A DNA stretch of 64,000 bases from a virus (taxonomy: Duplodnaviria; Heunggongvirae; Uroviricota; Caudoviricetes). The position numbers were made by a program, and so were the translations under genes. How positions within the stretch are numbered: position 1 is the first letter of the stretch; each line of letters starts with the position of its first letter. The notes under the pieces were generated by a model. It saw only the letters and a program-made list of their open reading frames with translations. It searched no databases and was not told where the DNA came from. Of this stretch, positions 1-12,300 are shown in pieces. The stretch covers positions 140,837 through 204,836 of IMG/VR virus record IMGVR_UViG_3300037424_001372; one strand, written 5' to 3'.

Positions 1-1
1 T

Positions 2-2260
2 GGCATAACTAATGTTGTACCAGCATCGCCTAATGTTAATGTACATATTGGTCATTTATTAACTAAAAATAGTGTTAATGGTAAAATTTTTGTTGACATA
101 ATTCCAATATTGGGACTTAATGATTTAGCAGATGTAAATACATCAACTGCTTTGGTTGATGAAATTCTTAAATATAATGGAGTTGAATGGGTCAATGCTA
201 CATTAGGTAGTGTTAGTGCTGGTAATGGTGTTAACTTTTATTATGCAACCCCCATAATAAATTCAAGAACAAGTCCTGCGGGTATCAGTGCAGATGGTAC
301 TGGTGGTAATGGTATTCAATTAGCAACATTATCTAAATTACCTGTAACTACTGGAAGCACATTAATTGTTGCCGGATTAAGTGCTTCGGATGGTCGTGCT
401 TTTGCTGCGTGGGAAGGTGACAATATTATTAATAAAAGTATTGTTGATGGTGGTACTTGGGAATTTAATGATTATTTATATGTCGATAATAGTGCTGGTG
501 CAACATATTTAATACACCAAATATATCAAACCGTATTAATAACTGGAAGTACTATTACAATTACTGGTAGTAGTGCTAACAATAGAACTGCAATAATATC
601 ATCAAATCAATTTACAGGTACTTATTTTACTGCAAGTACAACAAATACAATTGGTTCTTATTTAAAAACACCTTCGGGAATTTATTTAATAAGTGGTAAA
701 ACTAATGATAATGTAGTTAATATTGTTGTCCCTACTGGTTATGTTAATGAAACAGGTGTTACTGGTAATATTTGGAATAAATTATTTGGTGCCACAACTT
801 CATCGATAGAGAATACCACGGTATCTTTTTTACAAACAACAATATCTGCACCAGCATTTGCAGTTTTACCTACTGATAAGTTGGGAGAAATTTCTTTTGT
901 GAGTGCAAGTGGTAGTTATACTTTATCATTAAATTATAATGGTACTACTAATACATCATATTTTAAATCACCTTTAATTACGTTACACAATGATTTAGCC
1001 GGTTTACAAGGAGGTAATGGTAATGAACGTTATCACCTATCATTATCCGAATTAACTAATTTAAACAATCAAAGTGGTACTAATACCGGTAATGAAACCA
1101 CAGCAACAATTGAAAGTAAATTAACTGGTGAAATATTTACCCACTATCACCCATATAGTGGTATGACAGGTACCCCTGATTTAAACCAATATCAAACAGT
1201 TAGTGAATTTATCGAATATACTGCAAGTACTGCTAATATTATTGCAAATGCCATAACAGGGGTTACTAGTCATGGTACTGGTACTACAATCTATACAGGC
1301 GTTACTGATAATAATTTAAGTTTTAATACTCTTGTTGGTAGTGGTGGAACTACTATTCAAAAAATTGGTGATGAGATTATTATTAACTCAAGTACGTCAA
1401 CAGATAGTCAATTATATGTCGGACAATCACCTTCAGCAGTTAATTTATGTGGTATAACAATTGGATATGAATTAACTGGAAAAACAATTAGTTGTATAAT
1501 GCAAGACCTATTAGTGCCAGAATTGTTTGGTAGTGTAACTGCTCCATCAACAAGTGCGATATTAAGTACTTCAGGAACGTTAGAAATTGGTTGCGTAATT
1601 AATCAAACTGTTACAGGTACGTTTAATCAAGGTTGTATTAATCCACAATACTGTAGTTTATCACCTAAAAGAAGTGGTTTACCTAATGCATACTGTTTTA
1701 CTGGTACAGGTATGCCATCTGGATTACAAACGTGTACTAGTTTAAGCGCTACTGGAACGACAAATAGTTATGTCATTGTTTCAGGTAGTCAAACATGGGG
1801 TGTGTGCGCATACTATGATGCTGGTTATCCGGCATTAGGAAGTAAAGGAACCCAATATTGTACAGCATTATCATCAGGTAATACTTCTGCCGCCACTGCT
1901 AATATTACAGGTATTTTACCATATTATTATGGTACTAGTTCTAATGATGTTATTACAAATAATATTGTCACCGGTGGTACAAAGGTCCTTTCAAATGTTA
2001 CCTCAAGTACACCAATATGTTTTAATGCGATTAATCAATATTTATGGTTTGCAGCACCTGCATGTGCGGCAACTAAAACAAAATGGTGGGTTTGTGCTGC
2101 AAATGCTGGTGATATTGGTGGGACTGGTAATTTATGGGCAACATATTGTAATGTGAATGTATGTTCAGGGCAAGGATGTTGGTCTGGTTGTGCATATGAA
2201 GTATATGTTACTTGTGGAGTGACAACCACCGCTACAGATATATCAATGTGTTTATATTAA
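2..2260 (+). CDS. Tail fibre/virion protein, 5'-truncated (frame is open from base 2); Cys-rich C-terminal domain paralogous to the 5359 ORF
   Basis: No stop in this frame from base 2 (GITNVVPASPNVNVHIGH...) to TAA 2260. Gly/Thr/Ser-rich; C-terminal GKT..C....L.P / LPYY.G / YLWFA.P motifs are shared with 5359..6357. Confidence 0.7.
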   Translation, partial: GITNVVPASPNVNVHIGHLLTKNSVNGKIFVDIIPILGLNDLADVNTSTALVDEILKYNGVEWVNATLGSVSAGNGVNFYYATPIINSRTSPAGISADGTGGNGIQLATLSKLPVTTGSTLIVAGLSASDGRAFAAWEGDNIINKSIVDGGTWEFNDYLYVDNSAGATYLIHQIYQTVLITGSTITITGSSANNRTAIISSNQFTGTYFTASTTNTIGSYLKTPSGIYLISGKTNDNVVNIVVPTGYVNETGVTGNIWNKLFGATTSSIENTTVSFLQTTISAPAFAVLPTDKLGEISFVSASGSYTLSLNYNGTTNTSYFKSPLITLHNDLAGLQGGNGNERYHLSLSELTNLNNQSGTNTGNETTATIESKLTGEIFTHYHPYSGMTGTPDLNQYQTVSEFIEYTASTANIIANAITGVTSHGTGTTIYTGVTDNNLSFNTLVGSGGTTIQKIGDEIIINSSTSTDSQLYVGQSPSAVNLCGITIGYELTGKTISCIMQDLLVPELFGSVTAPSTSAILSTSGTLEIGCVINQTVTGTFNQGCINPQYCSLSPKRSGLPNAYCFTGTGMPSGLQTCTSLSATGTTNSYVIVSGSQTWGVCAYYDAGYPALGSKGTQYCTALSSGNTSAATANITGILPYYYGTSSNDVITNNIVTGGTKVLSNVTSSTPICFNAINQYLWFAAPACAATKTKWWVCAANAGDIGGTGNLWATYCNVNVCSGQGCWSGCAYEVYVTCGVTTTATDISMCLY

Positions 2261-2288
2261 TAATTATAACAATAAACTAAAATAATAT

Positions 2289-5273
2289 ATGGCAATTTTA
2301 ATTAACGATAATTATAGACTTTCTGCCACAAAGCCATTTGATGATAGATATATGAACATATCTACTCCTTGGGCAAGTTGTGGAGAAGTACTTGCTACAA
2401 TTACGACATATCGACACATTGGATTAACTGTTAACATCAATGGTGATGAATATTGGTGGAAAAATGGTGTCTCTGATAACGATTTAATTCTAAAACAATT
2501 AGGTGGTGGTACTAGCAATTTAAGTGGTGCTACAAATGGTTTGGGTTTATTTAGTGGTAATACATACGTTGGACTTGGTGGATTATTGAATCAAGATACT
2601 ACTATTTGTGGTGCACATACATTAAATTTGGGTAATGTTAGTTCTGGTTTGACTGCATTATGTGTTGTCACACCAACATTCCATATCCAAGATAAAAATA
2701 ATTATTCATGTATTAATTTTTTACATGACACAACAAGTCCCGCTTTTGATGTTAGTTTATTTGGTAATATAAGTGAGGGTAGTGCAGGTATTGAATTGGA
2801 TGTCGATGGAACTAATGGATATTTTAATGTTTATAGTGCACCTAATATTAATTGTTATAACGCAATAAATATTCAAACTACCGATGATGATGTTGCATCA
2901 CATATTATTCATAGTAGAAATAGTAATTTTATTTATAATAAAGAAACTTGGATTTCAACAGGTAATACTTTATCGTGCGAAGAAATTATTGATAAATATG
3001 ATTCAAATAATAATATTAAATCTATTATTGATTATAGTGGTAGATGTTTTAATTATAATATCAATAATAACAATATTTTATCAATACTTTCTGGTGGTAC
3101 TGCCAGATATGGCAGTAATGTGATCATTAACAATGATTGTGATTTGGTTCATAAATATTATGTTGATAATAGTTATAGTAGTGCTAACGGTATTTGTAAA
3201 TCGGGCAATAATTTAGTTTTGGGTGGAAGTTTAACCGGACAAACAAATATTTCTGGCTCGATGTCATGTTCATTAGGATTTTCACATGTAAATAGTGGAG
3301 ATTCTGCCTGTATTAAATTTAATGGTACCGGTGTAATTGACCTTAAAGTGTTTAGTGGTACAAATTTTACTTGTTCAGAAACTGGTTTACAAATAGGTTG
3401 TGAATTAGTTAGAATGTTCACAAATACACCTGAAGGAGTACAATCAATTAGATTGGGGAATGATTGTATGCAAGTGTTTGATACTAATAATTCACAGGGT
3501 TTTGTAAATGCTGGTGATTATGAAAGTAATTTTATTAATCGTTCGTTGATAACCAAACAATATTTACAATCTCAAATATCTGGAATAACAGGTGCCATTA
3601 CTTCTGTAGCAAATGGTTTAACATTGAACGATAAGACTGTTGTATTAGGTGGTAATTTAACCGGTAATACGAGTATTGGTGGTAATTTAAATGATTTTGA
3701 TTTATCTTTTAATGAAATTAAAACCATATCAACAACCGCTTTAAGTGCCAATACGACAACGACTTCATATATTATTAACGATGGTCTTAATAATGCCATT
3801 ATAATTACACAATCATCAAAAATATTATCTGATGCAACAAGCAATAGTGGTTTCGAATATGGTGGCGATTATTCTATAAACAGTAAATCAAATCCTCGTT
3901 GGATTCCGGATAATGCATATGTTACAGGTTTAACATCACAATCAATAACTGGCGCAACAAATGGTTTAACTAAAGCGGGTCAAAACGTTAGTTTAGGCGG
4001 TGTTTTAACAGGCAATACTAATATTTGTGGTAATGGTTTATATTGTCTTAATATTTTGAATAGTGGTAGTTCTTATAATACAATTGCAGAATTTAAACCA
4101 AACTCAATTAATTTAAGTTTAACTAATTTAAATTCCCCGAATCAATCGAGTAACATAGTACTTAACAATAGTTGTACGTCAATATATAATGGTTTCTCTA
4201 ATTGTTATTCATGTTTAAACATGAATGCTTCTAAATTAGATATCATGTTTTGCGGCGATGTCACCAATGCATCATTCACTGTTACCGATAATACGACCAT
4301 TAAAAGAGGTATTGAATATGCTGCAGATTATAGTCAATCTTTTAGTGATTGTTCGCTTATTACTAAAAAATATGTTTGTTCACAAATTTCTGGATTAACT
4401 AGTGCAGCTACTGTTGCAAATAATGGTATTGTATTGGTAAATAACGTGGTTAGTTTAGGCGGCTCATTAACAGGTAATACGACTATTGATGGAAATAATT
4501 ATAATCTAATATTAGATACGTTATCAGGATTTACTGTTAGTGCAGATACTATTAATTTAAATGGTAGTGTTAATTTAACTAATGTTGCTTCAGCAAGTAC
4601 CACAAATACATTATTAATTATTGAAAATAATGAAGTTAAAAATGTTAATTTATCTTCATTAGTTAATAATGGGTTATCTGTAAATGGTAATTATATTGGT
4701 TTAGGCGGATTATTAAGTGGAGATACTACTATTTGTGGTAATTCAAAAATATTAAGTTTAGGAAATTCTTCAAGTAAATTGAATTCATTTAATGTAATTG
4801 CCGATTCAAGTAATTATTCTGGTGGTAGTTTTGGTATTACATTGGATAACACTAATGCGATTTTTTATGATAATTCTATTAGTAATGATGGCATTAAATA
4901 TTCAACATGTATTTCAACTGGATTTACTAATACCTGTTCTTTAGTTGATAAAGGTTATGTCGATGCAAAAGTCGATAATGATTCAAATACTGTTTATGTT
5001 AATAATACTATCACCAATTATACTGCAACTCAAAATGATGATTTTATTGGTGTAAGTGGTGCTAGCATAATTAATTTGCCTAACAACCCTAAAGTTAACC
5101 AAAGAATAATAGTTACAGATATTTGTGGTAATGCATTTGCCGATTCAATAAGTATTGTTGGTAACGGTATGTGTATCAATGGAAATTCTCAAGCAACAAT
5201 AGATACTGATTATGGATCAATAACATTTATTAATAATGGTTTTTCTTGGAGTGCAATCGCTTTTATTAATTAA
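2289..5273 (+). CDS. Tail fibre-like protein, 994 aa
   Basis: Repeated NGL...LGG.LTG.T units. N-terminus (INDNY...YRHIGLTVNING.EYW) and C-terminus (FIGVSG...LP..P...I.TDYGSITF) are paralogous to the 6393 ORF. Confidence 0.7.
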   Translation: MAILINDNYRLSATKPFDDRYMNISTPWASCGEVLATITTYRHIGLTVNINGDEYWWKNGVSDNDLILKQLGGGTSNLSGATNGLGLFSGNTYVGLGGLLNQDTTICGAHTLNLGNVSSGLTALCVVTPTFHIQDKNNYSCINFLHDTTSPAFDVSLFGNISEGSAGIELDVDGTNGYFNVYSAPNINCYNAINIQTTDDDVASHIIHSRNSNFIYNKETWISTGNTLSCEEIIDKYDSNNNIKSIIDYSGRCFNYNINNNNILSILSGGTARYGSNVIINNDCDLVHKYYVDNSYSSANGICKSGNNLVLGGSLTGQTNISGSMSCSLGFSHVNSGDSACIKFNGTGVIDLKVFSGTNFTCSETGLQIGCELVRMFTNTPEGVQSIRLGNDCMQVFDTNNSQGFVNAGDYESNFINRSLITKQYLQSQISGITGAITSVANGLTLNDKTVVLGGNLTGNTSIGGNLNDFDLSFNEIKTISTTALSANTTTTSYIINDGLNNAIIITQSSKILSDATSNSGFEYGGDYSINSKSNPRWIPDNAYVTGLTSQSITGATNGLTKAGQNVSLGGVLTGNTNICGNGLYCLNILNSGSSYNTIAEFKPNSINLSLTNLNSPNQSSNIVLNNSCTSIYNGFSNCYSCLNMNASKLDIMFCGDVTNASFTVTDNTTIKRGIEYAADYSQSFSDCSLITKKYVCSQISGLTSAATVANNGIVLVNNVVSLGGSLTGNTTIDGNNYNLILDTLSGFTVSADTINLNGSVNLTNVASASTTNTLLIIENNEVKNVNLSSLVNNGLSVNGNYIGLGGLLSGDTTICGNSKILSLGNSSSKLNSFNVIADSSNYSGGSFGITLDNTNAIFYDNSISNDGIKYSTCISTGFTNTCSLVDKGYVDAKVDNDSNTVYVNNTITNYTATQNDDFIGVSGASIINLPNNPKVNQRIIVTDICGNAFADSISIVGNGMCINGNSQATIDTDYGSITFINNGFSWSAIAFIN

Positions 5274-5358
5274 ATATAATTTAAATAATGTTATTATTAA
5301 TTTTATGATAAAGAAAACTATTTATATATAACTGAAAAATAATAAAAAACATGAAATT

Positions 5359-6357
5359 ATGTCAATAAATACAAAAATTAATTTAAGTGATAATAGAGTA
5401 TATCAAAGTAGTGGTCAGACATTAACATTATCTGGAAATACTGTGGTATCTAACCAAGGTAATTTGAATTACTCAATTCACCCCAATTTTACTGAAAATA
5501 CTCAGATTGTTGATAAAAAATATGTTGATGACTCTATTGTCATTGCTACAGGCATTAGTACAATATATGATTTAGCAAGTCCTGCAACAGTTACTGTTGG
5601 AGGTATAAGTGCTGGTTATGTTTTAACCGGGAAAACATCGAATTGTTTGCTTAAGGAAATTTTAACACCGTATCAAGCACCATCATTTAGTTCATTTAGT
5701 GTTAGCACACTATCGACTCCAGTTGAAGTCGGTACCGTGTTAAGTGGAAGTCAAATATTTACATGGTCATTTTCGAACAATAATATTTCAGCAAATACTA
5801 TGTGTGTTATTGATGTTACTGATGGTAACACCGTTATTGCAAATAATATTAGTGCCACTTCCCCACAATCTGCAACAATTGCAACAAAAACTTTTACAAG
5901 TTGTAATGAAACTCAACAATGGAAGGGATGTGTTAAAAATAGTTGTGGAACATCACTAGGTTCTTCAAATAGTACAATTACTGCGTTATTACCATATTAT
6001 TGGGGATTATGTACTTGCCCCGGGGCTGCTGGAGAAAACCGTCCCTCAACATTAACCCCTGCTCAGATTACAGGAGGAAGTAAAGTGTTGGCAAGTAGTG
6101 GTAGTTTCACAATTCCATTTAATAGTACTGCTAATGATTATTTATGGTTTGCAATACCATCTGCATCAGTTAAAACATGTTGGTGTGTAGATGCTTTAAA
6201 CAATGGTAGTATTGGTGGTTCAGTTAGCCCTGCTGGTCAATTATTTCCTACTCCTGTAAGTGTTGGTAGTGTTAGTAACAATTGTTGGAATGATAAAACA
6301 TATTGTGTTTATATCTCAAACAAGCAAACATCTCAATCATCAATTATAATCAGTTAA
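5359..6357 (+). CDS. Tail fibre-associated virion protein, 332 aa
   Basis: Paralogous to the C-terminal domain of ORF 2..2260; N-terminus INTKINLSDNRVYQSSGQTLTLSG resembles the N-terminus of the 13706 ORF. Confidence 0.6.
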   Translation: MSINTKINLSDNRVYQSSGQTLTLSGNTVVSNQGNLNYSIHPNFTENTQIVDKKYVDDSIVIATGISTIYDLASPATVTVGGISAGYVLTGKTSNCLLKEILTPYQAPSFSSFSVSTLSTPVEVGTVLSGSQIFTWSFSNNNISANTMCVIDVTDGNTVIANNISATSPQSATIATKTFTSCNETQQWKGCVKNSCGTSLGSSNSTITALLPYYWGLCTCPGAAGENRPSTLTPAQITGGSKVLASSGSFTIPFNSTANDYLWFAIPSASVKTCWCVDALNNGSIGGSVSPAGQLFPTPVSVGSVSNNCWNDKTYCVYISNKQTSQSSIIIS

Positions 6358-6392
6358 TAAAAAAGATAATTTAATTATATAAACAGAAGAAC

Positions 6393-9300
6393 ATGTCAAA
6401 AATAATGAACGATAATTTTCAAATCAATGTGGGAAATCCTATTGATGCGAAATATTTAAACTCTTCAAACCAACCGTATGCTAATGCAAGTGCTGTAAAT
6501 ACGGCAATTGCACAGTCACAGAGATATATTGGGTTAACAGTTAACGTAGGTAATATTGAATATTGGTATTGTGCAGGTGTTCTTGACACTAATTTAGTTA
6601 TTAAGGATAGTGGTATTGTAAATACTGGTCTCACCAATGCTAGTAATGGTTTAAGTAAAATCGGCAATACAGTTATTTTAGGAGGGCCTTTAACAGGCAA
6701 TACTGATATATGTGGTGAATCGAATGCATTAAATCTTGGTACTTTAAGTAGTAATCTTGGTACTTTTCAAGTGAATTCAGCAACAATATCTCTTAAAAGT
6801 ACTGGAACTACAGAGGTGTGTGCAGATACTACATTAGTACTAGACGGTATTTGTATTTATTTGAACAGTCCTGCTACATATGACGATAATTATCATAGTT
6901 CATATTCACAATATTCAGTTCCTGATGTTGGATGGATTACTGGATGTACTGCAAGTATGTTAACAACAATTGCTAATAAATTAGATACATCTGTTTTTAA
7001 TGGTTATACCGCTACTACTAATAATACTTTAACTGCTACAACACAAATTACTAATGTTGCCATAACTGGAGTTACTAATGGTTTAACTAAAGTAGGCAGT
7101 CATGATGCTTGTTTGGGTGGTACGTTAAATTCTAATACAACATTAAGCGGTTCTCAATTATTAACATTGGGCGATTTAAATGGTATTTGTTTAAGCACGA
7201 ATAATACTACGGATATTGCTTTAAATGCAAAAGTTAATGGTGGAATATATTTAAAATCACAAGGAGGTAGTGTTGCGAGTAGTTCAGATAATGCTAATGC
7301 GGTTAGTATTGCATTGGATTATAATGCTGCTGTTGGTATGTTGGTTACTGATAATCGAGCAACTCCGAGAGGTCTTGAATACGCCTCAAATTATTTAAAT
7401 ACTTTTAATGATAATTCATTAATCACTAAATATTATGTCGATAGTGTTGCAACAGGTTTGAATATACACACTGCTGTTGTGGTTGCTACAACAACAGATA
7501 TTTCATTAAGCGGTTTAACGACTGTCGATGGTATTACTCTTGAAACTGGCAATAGAGTACTTGTTAAAGATCAAACAGACGGTGCTTTAAATGGTATTTA
7601 TACCGCAAGTACAACAACATGGGGTCGTTCAGAAGATTATAATTTCGAACCAAGTGGTGAAATTTCTAATGGTGACTTGATTCCTGTTATTAGTGGAGAT
7701 ACTAATTCGAATAGTCAATGGGTATTGGTTAGTCAAAACCCTATTGACAGTGGTGACACATTAACATACACATCATTTTCCAGACAACAAGGTGTTGTTG
7801 CCGGTAATGGTATTTGTACAGGAACTATTGGTAGCAGTACTCAAGTATGTGTTAAATTATCTCCAACAAATTCTGGTTTATGTTTTAATGCAACTGCTCT
7901 TGAATTAGACTATGAAACATTTAGATATGGTTTAACTTGTAGTGTTACCACAGGTAAAATCGATGTTTGTGCAGATTATGGAGCTGCCACCGGTACTGAA
8001 ATACCTGTGAGAATAGATACGGGTGCAACAGGTAAATTATATGTGGATAGTGCAGCTATTATTACTGGCCTTGATACTCCAATAATTAATGCCGACAATG
8101 GTTTAACTAAACAAGGCAATGTTGTTGTTTTAGGTGGTTCTTTAACAGGTGATACGACAATTAATGGTGTTAGTTATACGCATAACCTTAATTTAACACA
8201 ATTAAATTCATTTACATTAGGATTTAACGGTGATTCAATTGTTACTGATAGTAATACTACTCCACGTGGTTTACAATATGCTGAAGATTATGGTGATACT
8301 TTTATTGACAATTCACTTGTTACCAAAAAATTTGTATTAACTAATATAAGTGGTAATACATTACAAAATGTAACAACCTTTGGCAACACAACCACTAACA
8401 GTGTTATTATAGGTAATGGTGGGTCAACAGCTACTGGGGCAACATCATTTGCTAATGGTGAGAATGTTACAGCCATTGGTAATTATTCTCATGCTGAAGG
8501 AAATAATACTTGTGCAATAGGCGTGAGTTCACATTCCGAAGGATTTTGTAATATTGCAAGTGGATATAGTTCACATGCAGAAGGAAATGGTAGTTGTACA
8601 ATTGGTGTTTTTTCTCATGCTGAGGGTGAATGTACAATAGCATATGGTTATTTTTCACATTCTGAGGGATATCATGTTACAGCAAGCGGTTATAGTTCAC
8701 ACGCAGAAGGAAGTTGTAATAATGCAATGGGCGCTTTTTCTCATGCTGAAGGAAGTGATGGTTGTGCTATCGGCGAATTTTCACATACTGAAGGCGAGGG
8801 TCCGATAACAATCGGTACCCATTCTCATGCTGAAGGAACTTATACTAGTGCTATTGGCCAATATTCACATTCAGAAGGCGATAGTACTGTAGCAAGTGGT
8901 GTTTCTTCACATGCCGAAGGACGTGAGAGTTGTGCAATGGGTTTTGGTTCTCATGGTGAAGGATTTCAAACTAAGGCATATGGAACTAGTTCCCATGCTG
9001 AGGGCAGGATAACAACAACAATTGGTCAATATTCACATTCAGAAGGGTTTGGTAGTTGTACAATCGGCACTTATTCTCATGCTGAAGGACAATGTACACT
9101 ATCTTGTGGTTTATATTCACATGCAAGTGGTAGATATAACATTGGTAAAACAGATACAATCTCAGAAATAGGTGTTGGTACAGGAACTACTGCAAGATGT
9201 AACGCTTTTGAAGTATATTGCAACGGTACGATAGGAATACCGTTATTACTAGACAAAACCACTGAGACATGTGTTTTATACGTAAACTCTGATGGCTATT

Positions 9301-12300
9301 TATCTAAAGGAGTTGTTTCGGGTGGTGTAGATACTTTACAACAAGTAACCGATAGTGGTAACACCACTACTAACAGTGTTATTATCGGCAATAGTGGTTC
9401 AACTGCTACTGGGACAACATCATTTGCCAATGGTTGTAATGTTAGTGCTGATGGCGGTTATTCTCATGCCGAGGGCGAATTCTCAATAGCAAGTGGTTTG
9501 GGTTCCCATGCCGAAGGATATATTAGTTATGCAATTGGTAGTTATTCTCATGCTGAGGGTGGGAGTAGTTGTACTATTGGTGATTATTCACATTCTGAAG
9601 GCGAGACTACTGTAGCAAGCGGATATAGTTCTCATGCTGAAGGAAATGCTAGTTGTTCTATCGGTGATTATTCGCATGCAGAGGGAACTACCAGTAATGC
9701 TATCGGTGAATATTCTCATGCCGAAGGTGAGAGCACATCATCAATCGGTTATGGTTCACATGCCGAAGGAAGTTATAACATATCATGTGGTAATTATTCC
9801 CATGCAGAAGGTGAAAGTGCAATAGCAAGCGGCACTAGTTCACATGCAGAGGGATATTATAGTTGTGCAATCGGTGATTATTCCCATGCCGAAGGTGATA
9901 GTACCATAGCAAGTGGTTTAGGTTCTCACGCAGAAGGAATTGGTGTTAATGCAATTGGCAATTATTCCCATGCCGAAGGTGAAAGTAGTATATCAATTGG
10001 TGAAAATTCACATGCCGAAGGATTATGTAATATTGCAAGTGGTTATAGTTCACATGCAGAAGGTCAAAGTAATTGTACTTTTGGTCTATATTCACATTCA
10101 GAAGGATTTGGTAGTTGTACAATTGGTAATTATTCACATGCCGAAGGATATTGTAATATTGCAATTGGTCATGGTTCACATGTAAGTGGTAGATATAATA
10201 TTGGTAGAAGCGATACTATCTCAGAAATAGGTGCAGGCGCTGTTGCTGCAAGATGTAATGCTTTTGAAGTTTATTGCAACGGTAATATTGCATTACCTTT
10301 AATTAGTGGCGATACTAGCAGTGGTTGTGCTGTGTATATTGGTACTGGTGGTCAATTGACTTATGGTAGTATATCTAGTGCTATTTCGGTAAGTAATGGT
10401 ATTAGTACAAATGGTAGCTATTTTGTACTTGGTGGTAATTTAACTGGTGATACTACCATTGATTTGAATAATAATTCATTAAAATTAATCGACAGTTCTT
10501 CATTGTTTGAATTTAGTGGAAATACATTAAAAACAACAAACATAAATACATCAGGATTAACATTTATTAACGGTAATCAAGGTGTTAATAAAATATTGAT
10601 ATCTGACAGTGGTGGAACAATAAATTATTCATCTGATTATGTTAATAAAACTTCAAGCGAGAGTATTAGTGGTTTAAAAACATTTAATGATGGTATCGAT
10701 ATTATTTGGAAGACAATATATATTGATAGTGCTGCAACTGGTGGAACAAATAATGGTAGTTCGTGGGCAAATGCATATACTGATTTAAAAAATGGTATTG
10801 AGAGTGTATCGGCATATACTCGAATATTCATTGCAAATCAAAAATATATTTTAACTGGATCAACTGGGATTACTGTAAATAATAATTATATCGAAATATA
10901 TGGTTATAATTTATATTCAACAAACATAAATGAAAACCCGTTAATATCTGGTGGTGATTCTTTGCCATATTTTAATGGTAGCAGTAATATCATTTTGGCT
11001 AATAGTAATAATTTTAAAATTAATAATATTTCATTTATAAATTTTAGTGCTAATACTACTAATATTTCAATTATAAGAATTAATGGGAATAATATTGACA
11101 TTAATAATTTGAATTTTAATGATTGTTGGCTAGGAAACGGTTCAAGTTGTTTACGTATTGGAAATAATTCATCTTTTATTAATATTAATAATATTAATTT
11201 AAATAATATTATTGGTAATATTGGTGCTACTGCGTGTTTTATATTTCAAGAAGTTTCGGAAATGTTTATGAAAAATATTACCATTAATAACTCAGCACTA
11301 TTAAATGATGCAAGTAGCACTTATTTTAATATTGCTGGTTGTAAAAATCTTTATTGCGAAAATATTTATGGCATTAATTTAGGGTTATCATATACTGGAT
11401 CAACGAATGTTGGTAGTTTTATTGTCGTAACATATTTGTCTTCAACAAGCGCAAAATCAACAAATATTATTTTTAATAGGATTAAAGTATCAAATTCATT
11501 TATAAAATCCGGTTATTTAATATATCGTGGATCACAAATAGTAATATTAAATAATGAATTTAGTAATAATTTGTTTAATGGTCCATATGGTATTTTTTAT
11601 AATGCTTTTGCATCAACAATGTATAATAATGTTGTTTTATATAATTGCACAACATATAATAATGACAACATTGCTTGGACATTTGGTGGTTCTTCAGATT
11701 CTAATGTTAGTGGTAATAGTATTACTGCATATAATTGTATTTTCCAAGACACTAATGTTGCGAGTTCAAATGTAACAAATTTACTTCATTTAAGAAATTC
11801 ATATTTAAAAACAGATATTTCATCAACACATGATGTTGTCGATTGTGAATATGGTAGTGATGCTGGGTTTATATCAAATGATAATTTAAAATTAAAAAAC
11901 ACATCAATTAATTATAATAAAGGTGTTTTATATGATAATCTTATAAAATATTTACAACATGGTAATAATACTGATATTCTTAATATTGCATATAATTATA
12001 ATTTAATTCATAGAGGTGCTTATCAAGATATTGTATATTATGAACCATCGAATGAGATGAGAATTTATAATTTAACAGGATTAACATATACTGCAACAAC
12101 AAGTAGTGAATTTATTGGAGCAAGTGGCGGTTCAACAATTTATTTACCAAATGTTCCTTCAAATGGTCAGAAAATAACGATTTCTGATATTACTGGAGAT
12201 GCTTTAACAAATAATATAACGATATGTAGTAACACTCTTAATATTATTGGTAGCCAAGATGCGTTAATAAACACTAATTACGGCTCATTGACATTAGTTA

